Shown here piece after piece: positions 1-6,870 of a DNA stretch of 32,000 nucleotides (positions are counted from its first letter, which is position 1; each line of letters begins with the position of its first letter). The stretch is from Telmatocola sphagniphila (lineage in GTDB: Bacteria; Planctomycetota; Planctomycetia; Gemmatales; Gemmataceae). Both the position numbers and the translations under genes were made by a program. The notes under the pieces were generated by a model. It was not told the origin of the DNA and did no database searches. It saw only the letters and a program-made list of their open reading frames with translations. The stretch spans positions 5,220,001-5,252,000 of the forward strand of contig NZ_CP074694.1 in NCBI RefSeq assembly GCF_018398935.1, read 5' to 3'.

Positions 1-459
1 CGGCCGGAAGATCTCGAAGATGCCGTGCAGGAGATCTTTCTCCATTTGTGGACCAACGCCCATCGTTTTAATCCCTCCCTCTCCTCCGAGATGACTTTTG
101 TTACCATGCTGGCCCGGCGACGGTTGATTGATCGGCGGCGGCGAGAAGACCGGACGCCGGTCCTGGACCAATTTCCCGCCGACGTATGTGCTCCAGCCGT
201 CGAATTATCGACAGTGTTGGAGCATGGGGAGGAAGTGAGTCGGGCCAGAGAGGCTCTCCAGTTTTTGTCGATGGATCAGAGAGAGACTTTGCAGATGGCG
301 ATATTTCAGGGGATGACTCACGAGGAAATCGCACGAAAAACCAATTCTCCCCTGGGAACGGTGAAGACGCACTTGCGTCGCGGATTGATCCGACTGCGCG
401 AAGTATTGGATGAAGCAGCGACCGGTCGGCGAGTGATTGCAGAAGGAGGTGCCTCATGA
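1..459 (+). CDS. ECF-type RNA polymerase sigma factor (sigma-70 family), 5' end cut by window edge
   Basis: Frame 1 is open from base 1 (RPEDLEDAVQEIFLHLWTNAHRF...), which matches a sigma region 2 motif. A region 4 HTH follows (LSMDQRETLQMAIFQGMTHEEIARKTNSPLGTVKTHLRRGLIRLRE). Stop TGA 457-459 overlaps the next gene's ATG (ATGA), suggesting translational coupling. Confidence 0.85.
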   Translation, partial: RPEDLEDAVQEIFLHLWTNAHRFNPSLSSEMTFVTMLARRRLIDRRRREDRTPVLDQFPADVCAPAVELSTVLEHGEEVSRAREALQFLSMDQRETLQMAIFQGMTHEEIARKTNSPLGTVKTHLRRGLIRLREVLDEAATGRRVIAEGGAS

Positions 460-1259
460 GCACAGCCGATGAAATGCGTTTGATGGATCTGCTGGCCGAC
501 CGGGCCGTGGGAGAATTGAGTGTCGCCGAACAGGCTGAGTTAGCCGAATTACTGGCCCGGCATCCGGAATTCGATGAAAACTCCCTGGATCAGGCGGCGG
601 CTCTATTTGCGAGTATTGCTATGCCGGAAACTCACGAGAGCATGCCAGAGGATCTGCGACGCCGGATTGAGGCGCAGGCTAACCGGATTGTACCTGCGAA
701 TCGTGCGAAAAATTCCCTGGCCTTCCCAAGCTCCGCCGCGCGCGAAACAACTCGATCGCTCTTGGGTCGTTCTCTTTCTTGGGGTGGCTGGATTCTGGCA
801 GCCGGGTTGTTGATTGGCATTAGCTTCCTGGGCCGCGAAAAAGGAAAGGGAACTTCGGAGAGTGCCGCTCGCAAACTGGAACAATTTCTGGCAACCGAGA
901 AAGCGTATGTGCGAGCCGATGGGACAGCCCCGGATCTCAAGATTGCCGCCGGAGCCACCGGCTCGATTTATTGGAGCGGCGGTCAACGGCAGGAAGGCTA
1001 CATGAAGTTGAAGGGCGTGCCGGTGAACGATCCTGCGAGTAAGCAATACCAGCTTTGGATTTTCGACAAGGAACGAGATGAACGGTATCCGGTCGATGGC
1101 GGACTCTTCAACGTCGATTCCTCGGGAGAAGTGATCATTCCGATCACCCCGAAAATTCCCGTGAAGGAAGCCACGATGTTTGTGATTACGCGCGAGCCTC
1201 CGGGCGGTGTCGTGGTGTCCGATAGAAAGGAGATTGTTTTGGTGGCTTCGTTGAAGTAG
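456..1259 (+). CDS. Membrane-spanning anti-sigma factor with RskA-like C-terminal domain
   Basis: Overlaps the upstream ECF sigma gene by 4 bp. It has an acidic helical N-terminus and a single TM segment (WGGWILAAGLLIGISFLG). The C-terminus (YQLWIFDKERDERYPVDGGLFNV...MFVITREPPGGVVVSDRKEIVLVA) resembles the anti-sigma-K RskA extracytoplasmic domain. Family recognised by eye only. Confidence 0.7.
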   Translation: MSTADEMRLMDLLADRAVGELSVAEQAELAELLARHPEFDENSLDQAAALFASIAMPETHESMPEDLRRRIEAQANRIVPANRAKNSLAFPSSAARETTRSLLGRSLSWGGWILAAGLLIGISFLGREKGKGTSESAARKLEQFLATEKAYVRADGTAPDLKIAAGATGSIYWSGGQRQEGYMKLKGVPVNDPASKQYQLWIFDKERDERYPVDGGLFNVDSSGEVIIPITPKIPVKEATMFVITREPPGGVVVSDRKEIVLVASLK

Positions 1260-1482
1260 CATTTCGATTGACGGGCCTTGCAGATGTTAAAGAGGGCCTG
1301 GATTTTCAATGAAAGTTCGAGCGAGCCGAGGGTGATGAACAACGCGACTTAGTGGGAATCCCCTTCGGAGAACTCGTTCGTCCATTCTTAGTCCGAAGTT
1401 ATCAGAGTTCATAACGAATTCATTGCCTTCCCTTCAATATTTCCATTTCGCTTGATCGGCCATCGGGTAAACTAGTTTCGCG

Positions 1483-2715
1483 ATGGAATTGCCCGCAAAT
1501 ATTTTCGGAATCAGAACCATGCGTTGGATATTCGCCGATCGAAAAGACTCCGAGGAAGCTCGCGAAATTGCAATGCTCGAATCCAAAATAGCGGACTGGT
1601 GGGAAGCCTTCACCAATAAGGCCCCCGAATTCGCGGAGGTATTTCAAGGGAAAGCGAATTGGGATCTTCCGGAGTGGATGATCAAGAATTTGAATCCGAT
1701 CCACGAAGAACTGATGTGGGAATTCGGAGCGGCTGTAAATGGCCCCGGCGATCGCCTGGTCATCACTCCCGAATCCCGCAAAGAGCTTCGACCCTTGGTT
1801 GAGAGCATTATTTCCGAAGCACCCGAGTTGCCCGGCTGGGAATTTTACACCTACCGTCTCGCGGAAGATCTGGCGATGACTGCTGAAACGGTCCGGTCTC
1901 GCGTGGGAACTTCAATCGAAGGCGTGGAAGTGGCCGTGGAGCGAGAAGAAGGCAATCGCATCGCTTTGAAATACGTTTCCGATAAATTTCGCGGGTCGGA
2001 GGATAACGAAGCTTTAAACATCGCTTTCGTGGCTACCGAAACGCTACTCGGCGAAAAAATCCTCGATCATTGGATCGGAGAGATCAGCGTCGCGAAGAAG
2101 AAAAAGGGCTTTCTGGGTTTGGGAAAGTCTCAAATTAATACGATTCCTCTCGCTGCTTTGAAAGACACCGTCGAACGAGAAATAAAGGCTATCGAACAGA
2201 GCCTTCCGGAGGAGCCCTGTTACGAGCGGTTCGATAAATTCTCCTGGTCGCTCGTGCAATTAAAACCCACCGAGCAGGAAGATTATCCAGAACGGTCCGA
2301 TATGTTGGTGCATACAACCACCGATTTCGAACTGCTATCGGCCGCACTGAAACCAGGCTTTGCCTCCGAACGCTATAGCAGGCACGGCGAAACTTTTTGC
2401 TATCTGAAAATCGATGGGGCCGAGGGATTGGAAGATTCTTCTTTTGCTGATCGCGGCGAGATCGAGGAGGCGATCAATGCGGTTTTGATTCCTGCGAAAT
2501 CGGGTTGCACGATCGGGGGTGGTACCGGCCTGCGCTACTCTTATATCGATTTGGCCTTGTTGGATTTTGTGAAAACGAGTTGGAAAATCCTGGAGATCCT
2601 GCGGGCGGGTCGATTACCGAATCGAACCTGGCTCTTATTTTCCGATGCGGATTACTGCGGGGAATGGATCGGTTTGTACGACGACACTCCCGAACCACCG
2701 CGAGAAGCTAACTGA
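1483..2715 (+). CDS. Hypothetical protein (no recognisable family)
   Basis: A 410-codon ORF with coding-like acidic composition and no competing ORF. There is no signal peptide or TM segment. The start is uncertain; an alternative ATG lies 12 codons in (MRWIFADRKD). Confidence 0.6.
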   Translation: MELPANIFGIRTMRWIFADRKDSEEAREIAMLESKIADWWEAFTNKAPEFAEVFQGKANWDLPEWMIKNLNPIHEELMWEFGAAVNGPGDRLVITPESRKELRPLVESIISEAPELPGWEFYTYRLAEDLAMTAETVRSRVGTSIEGVEVAVEREEGNRIALKYVSDKFRGSEDNEALNIAFVATETLLGEKILDHWIGEISVAKKKKGFLGLGKSQINTIPLAALKDTVEREIKAIEQSLPEEPCYERFDKFSWSLVQLKPTEQEDYPERSDMLVHTTTDFELLSAALKPGFASERYSRHGETFCYLKIDGAEGLEDSSFADRGEIEEAINAVLIPAKSGCTIGGGTGLRYSYIDLALLDFVKTSWKILEILRAGRLPNRTWLLFSDADYCGEWIGLYDDTPEPPREAN

Positions 2716-2815
2716 CTTTTGATAACTCTCGACTTTTTTTCATTTTTCCTGCGCCGCTTCACGAGATCTTGTCTCTAATAAAAGTCGATTCGGTACTCGA
2801 TCAGAGTTGTGCTTT

Positions 2816-4666
2816 ATGTCTTCGGAAACCTCGAGCCGTTTGCAGCAGTTTATTCGTAGACTCCGCGAGGAAGCGGTGCCGCCGGAGGATATGTGTTTGT
2901 GGAATCGTTACGTTCAGTCGGGCGATCAGGCTGCGTTCGAGATTTTGGTGTATCGTCATGGTCCGATGGTGTTGGCCTGTGCGCATCGTTTGCTTTCGAA
3001 TCGTACGGATAGCGAGGATGTGTTTCAGGCGACGTTTTTGAGTTTGGCCCGTTCAAAGCATCGGATTCGAGACTCCAAAGCTCTCTCTTCGTGGCTGTAC
3101 AAAACGACCTTCCGTTGCGCGCTCAGACTTCGAGCGCAGCGGAAGCAGGCCGTGCCTTTATACGATGAGACTCTTTCGAGCAATCCAACAGAAAGTGACC
3201 CGGCCTGGCGTGAGGTGAAAGGGGCTTTGGACGAGGAACTTTCGAAGTTGCCAGAGCGTCTTCGAATGCCGCTTGTGTTGTGTTATCTGAACGGTCTGTC
3301 TCGGGATGAGGCAGCGAAGCAGTTAGGCTGGTCGTTTACTTTATTGAAGCGACGTTTGGAAGAAGGGCGACGAGTATTGCGCGTTCGGTTGGAACGGCGG
3401 GGAATCTCGGCAGCGGGCTTGGCCTTAGCCGTGCTCTCACCTCAAGCGTTGCAGGCGATGGTGAGTCCGACTCTGGTAAATAGCTGTTTGGCCTTAATTT
3501 TTTGCAAAGAAACAAGTTTACCGGCCGGTATAGCCGCCTTGGTAATGAGTACATCCGCGATCACGAAAGGATTAGTCATGAAATCAATAGCGATGGCTGT
3601 ATTGTGTAGTGGTCTGGGCATCTGGACCTATACGAGCATGGGGCAAGGACTGGCTCCTCAGGAGAAGCCGGTTGTGAAGGCTGGTCCAGGGACGATAGGA
3701 GATACTTCGCGTGGGGAAATCAAATCGGAAGAGAGAACGGCGAGTTATACTCAGCAATTACGCAGCCTGGACAATCTCAAAAAAATTCTCTTGGCCGTGC
3801 ACGAGTATATGGATTTTACCAAGATCAATATGTTGCCCGCGGACTTCGAGGATGAAAACGGAAAACCGCTTCTGAGTTGGAGAGTCGAATTACTTCCCTT
3901 TTTGGGAGAAAAGGAACTTTATAAACAGTTTCATCACAACGAGCCTTGGGATAGCGAACAAAATTTAAAACTCATGGCCAAGATGCCGGAGGTGTATCGT
4001 GTCGGCTTCGAATCTAAGGATTCGACCCATACTCACTATCAAGTATTTGCGGGGCCCGGGACTCCGTTGCATCCGGTTCATGTGAATCAAGCGAAAGGTG
4101 GTCCAGGTGGCTCTTCTAAGAATCCCCGAAATTTAATCACCGTCTTTGATGTAACCGATGGAATGTCGAATACTCTGGGGGTCATCGAAGCGGGTCCCGC
4201 CGTTCCCTGGACTAAACCGGCCGATATTCCTTTCGATCCGACCAAGCCACTGACGAAAATTCAGGCTCTCTTTTCCAATAGTCTGCATTTGGCAATGATG
4301 GATGGAAGTACGCACGCAATACGTCCTGGCAGTGTCGAGGAAAAGACCATGAAAGCATTCATTGGCATGAATGAGGGCGAGATAGTCCCGGAGATGAGTT
4401 CCTTTCGTGCTCGGATAATCCCGATCTCTGCTGCGGAAAAGGAGGATTTCCAGCAACGAACGGCAAATAAAAAATCGTTGCTTGAAAAGATCATTGCCTT
4501 GCAGACCGAGCAGAAAGAATTACTGAAGAAATTCGAGCAACCAAATTCGGATCTGTCAGTTAATCAGGAGATGATTCAAAAACTGGAAAGCAAACTCGAA
4601 AAAATGCAGTGGGAAGTTGCCTGGATGAAACGAATTCTGGAAGAGGTCGAGAAAAAAGAGAAGTAA
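2816..4666 (+). CDS. Fusion protein: ECF sigma factor - TM helix - DUF1559-like domain - C-terminal coiled coil (paralog 1)
   Basis: The N-terminus has sigma region 2 (DSEDVFQATFLSLARS...WLYKTTFRCAL) and region 4 (LPERLRMPLVLCYLNGLSRDEAAKQLGWSFTLLKRRLEEGRRVLRVRL). Hydrophobic segments follow (GISAAGLALAVL..., VMKSIAMAVLCSGLGIWTYT). Next come DUF1559 signatures (LDNLKKILLAVHEY, LLSWRVELLPFLGEKELYKQF..PWDSEQN, DGMSNTLGVIEAGPAVPWTKPADIPFD, HLAMMDGSTHAI). The tail is a heptad-rich K/E segment. I place the start at ATG 2816 rather than the TTG at 2807 in the ORF track, because MSSETSSRLQQFIRRLREEAVPPED is conserved from that ATG in the paralog. Confidence 0.85.
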   Translation: MSSETSSRLQQFIRRLREEAVPPEDMCLWNRYVQSGDQAAFEILVYRHGPMVLACAHRLLSNRTDSEDVFQATFLSLARSKHRIRDSKALSSWLYKTTFRCALRLRAQRKQAVPLYDETLSSNPTESDPAWREVKGALDEELSKLPERLRMPLVLCYLNGLSRDEAAKQLGWSFTLLKRRLEEGRRVLRVRLERRGISAAGLALAVLSPQALQAMVSPTLVNSCLALIFCKETSLPAGIAALVMSTSAITKGLVMKSIAMAVLCSGLGIWTYTSMGQGLAPQEKPVVKAGPGTIGDTSRGEIKSEERTASYTQQLRSLDNLKKILLAVHEYMDFTKINMLPADFEDENGKPLLSWRVELLPFLGEKELYKQFHHNEPWDSEQNLKLMAKMPEVYRVGFESKDSTHTHYQVFAGPGTPLHPVHVNQAKGGPGGSSKNPRNLITVFDVTDGMSNTLGVIEAGPAVPWTKPADIPFDPTKPLTKIQALFSNSLHLAMMDGSTHAIRPGSVEEKTMKAFIGMNEGEIVPEMSSFRARIIPISAAEKEDFQQRTANKKSLLEKIIALQTEQKELLKKFEQPNSDLSVNQEMIQKLESKLEKMQWEVAWMKRILEEVEKKEK

Positions 4667-4806
4667 TTTTTTCGGCTTTCCTTGCTGAGAGCCAGCACGT
4701 TAGAGTTGATAAGCCAATTTCGTTTTTTTCATTTTCCTTGCGCCACCGAGAGAGTTCCCGGCTCTAATTATTGTCGGGAATGATTTGAGCCAGAGTGGCC
4801 TCTGTT

Positions 4807-6780
4807 ATGTCTTCGGAAACATCGAGCCGTTTGCAGCAGTTTATTCGTCGACTTCGCGAGGAAGCGGTGCCTCCGGAGGATGGGTGTTTATGGGATCGTT
4901 ACGTCCAGACGGGAGATCAGCATGCGTTTGAGATTTTGGTGTATCGTCATGGGCCGATGGTTTTAGCCTGTGCGTATCGGATGCTCTCGAATCGTACCGA
5001 CAGCGAAGATGTCTTTCAGGCCACGTTTTTGAGTTTGGCTCGTTCCAAGCATCGGATAAGAGACTCGAAAGCTCTTTCGTCCTGGCTGTACAAAACGACC
5101 TTCCGTAGTGCTCTTAAACTCCGCAACCGGACCAGACCAACTGAACAGTTACTTGAAGAAACACTTTCCTCTGACGGTAACGAAACAGATCTCGCCTGGC
5201 GTGAGGTGAAGGGGGCATTGGACGAGGAGTTGCAGAAGTTGCCGGAGCGACTTCGATTGCCGTTGTTGTTGTGTTATTTGCAGGGTTTATCTCGGGATGA
5301 AGCGGCGAAGCAGTTAGGCTGGTCGTTTACTTTATTGAAGCGACGTTTGGAAGAAGGTCGACGAGTATTGCGCGTTCGGTTGGAACGGCGGGGAATCTCG
5401 GCAGCGGGCTTGGCCTTAGCCGTGCTCTTACCTCAAGCATTGCAGGCGATGGTGAGTCCGACTCTGGTAAATAGCTGTCTGGCTTTGATCTTTTGCAAAG
5501 AGACTACAGTGCCCGCCGCGATAGCGGCGTTGACACTTACAACCTCTGCGATCACGAAAGGATTGGTAATGAAAGCGATAGCGACAACGGTGTTGTGTGC
5601 CGGTCTGGGAATCTGGTCTTATACGACTATGGGACAGGGAATAGGATTAATTCCTCCAGAGAAGGGAATTAATAAAGGGGTACCGGGAACGCTCGGCGAT
5701 TCTTCACAAGCAGAAAACGCTCCTCAGGAAAGAACGGCGAGTAATACGCAGCAATTACGCAGTCTAAATAATCTTAAGCAGATCGCTATCGCGATATTGA
5801 ACTATGAAGCCGCCTATGGTTATCTACCTGCGGACACAGTGGATCAAGATGGAAAAGCTCTTTTGAGTTGGCGAATTGAATTGCTACCCTACTTGGGCCG
5901 TGCGGATCTATACAACCAATTCAAGCGCGATCAAGCCTGGGACAGCGAGCACAATTTAAAACTTTTGGCCAAGATGCCGGATGTATATCGCGTTGGCTTT
6001 GAAGCGAAGGACTCGACGCATACTTACTATCAGGTTTTTGCAGGCCCCAATACTCCTCTGCATCCGATGCTTCGAGAGAAAGAGAAAGAGAAAGGGAAAG
6101 GCCCCCCGGGTGCTCTTGGCCTTGCTGGTAACAAGGCTGGTGCCGAAGTAGCCGGTCCAGGTGCAACGGGTCCAGTAGGCAGCTCTGGTCCGGGTGCGGG
6201 AATGGCCATGGGACCTGGCGCGGGAATGGGCCCTATGGATCCTCGCATTCGCATTCGCATTGCGGATATTTTCGATGGCACTTCAAATACCATTGGAGTC
6301 GTGGAAGCCGGTCCAGCAGTACCCTGGACCAAACCCGCCGATATTCCTTTCGATCCGACGAAGCCGCTACCAAAAAATTCAACACCCTTTACGAACAGTT
6401 TCCATCTGACCATGATCGACGGCACTACGCATGCCATACGTCCCAACATCGACCCGAAAATACTGAAGGATTTCATCGGCATGAACGATGGGGCAGTACT
6501 TCCAAGAATGAGTTCCTTTCATGCCGAAATCACGCCTCCCACGCCTACCGAGAAGGCGGAATTACAAAAGCGAATTGAACAGAATGGTACATTGTTGGAG
6601 AAAATGGCAGCCTTGCAGTCCGAGCAGCGAGAACTTCTCGGCAAGATCAATCATGGGAGCCTGGACATCATAGCGCACCGCGAAGTCGCCGATTTATTCG
6701 AAAAAACATTGAAGCAGATTCAGGCAGAAAACCAGCAGTTGAAAGCGATTATTCAAGAGATCGAGAAACAGGGGAAGTAA
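4807..6780 (+). CDS. Fusion protein: ECF sigma factor - TM helix - DUF1559-like domain - C-terminal coiled coil (paralog 2, with Gly/Pro-rich insertion)
   Basis: Same architecture as 2816-4666 and collinear over the full length. DUF1559 signatures are present (LNNLKQIAIAILNYEAAYGYLP, LLSWRIELLPYLGRADLYNQF..AWDSEHN, DGTSNTIGVVEAGPAVPWTKPADIPFD, HLTMIDGTTHAI). An extra low-complexity block is encoded at about 6061-6264. Start taken at ATG 4807 (the track begins at GTG 4795). Confidence 0.85.
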   Translation: MSSETSSRLQQFIRRLREEAVPPEDGCLWDRYVQTGDQHAFEILVYRHGPMVLACAYRMLSNRTDSEDVFQATFLSLARSKHRIRDSKALSSWLYKTTFRSALKLRNRTRPTEQLLEETLSSDGNETDLAWREVKGALDEELQKLPERLRLPLLLCYLQGLSRDEAAKQLGWSFTLLKRRLEEGRRVLRVRLERRGISAAGLALAVLLPQALQAMVSPTLVNSCLALIFCKETTVPAAIAALTLTTSAITKGLVMKAIATTVLCAGLGIWSYTTMGQGIGLIPPEKGINKGVPGTLGDSSQAENAPQERTASNTQQLRSLNNLKQIAIAILNYEAAYGYLPADTVDQDGKALLSWRIELLPYLGRADLYNQFKRDQAWDSEHNLKLLAKMPDVYRVGFEAKDSTHTYYQVFAGPNTPLHPMLREKEKEKGKGPPGALGLAGNKAGAEVAGPGATGPVGSSGPGAGMAMGPGAGMGPMDPRIRIRIADIFDGTSNTIGVVEAGPAVPWTKPADIPFDPTKPLPKNSTPFTNSFHLTMIDGTTHAIRPNIDPKILKDFIGMNDGAVLPRMSSFHAEITPPTPTEKAELQKRIEQNGTLLEKMAALQSEQRELLGKINHGSLDIIAHREVADLFEKTLKQIQAENQQLKAIIQEIEKQGK

Positions 6781-6784
6781 TTTG

Positions 6785-6824
6785 CTGAGGCTCTTATTTA
6801 AAACCTTGCCTCAGATCAATTTTT
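6785..6824 (+). terminator. Candidate intrinsic terminator after paralog 2
   Basis: Stem CTGAGGC (6785-6791) pairs with GCCTCAG (6808-6814) around a 16-nt AT-rich loop. T5 at 6820-6824 lies a few nt after the stem. It starts 5 nt after the stop at 6780. Confidence 0.4.
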
Positions 6825-6830
6825 CAGCGG

Positions 6831-6870
6831 TCGCTGATCGCTGATCGCTGATCGCTGATCGCTGATCGCT
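6831..6870. repeat. Heptanucleotide tandem repeat (TCGCTGA)x5 plus a partial unit
   Basis: Direct reading gives tcgctga tcgctga tcgctga tcgctga tcgctga tcgct. Each unit contains GATC. The repeat lies in the convergent intergenic gap and ends exactly at the stop codon (CTA 6871-6873 = TAG) of the minus-strand gene. Confidence 0.95.

Noticed and set aside
603-1262. Long antisense ORF (219 aa) opposite the anti-sigma gene; similar cases at 8535-9827, 10003-10782, 16554-17195, 17196-17867, 19474-20268, 24499-25359 and 31125-31805
   Set aside because: These are shadow ORFs on the strand opposite genes with clear family signatures. Their translations are Arg/Gly/Pro-rich or otherwise non-protein-like and match no family.
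2807-2815. Upstream TTG (2807) and GTG (4795) starts given by the ORF track for the two sigma-DUF1559 genes
   Set aside because: Protein conservation between the paralogs begins exactly at the ATG (MSSETSSRLQQF...). The residues before it differ (MCF vs MASV), so the ATGs at 2816 and 4807 are preferred.
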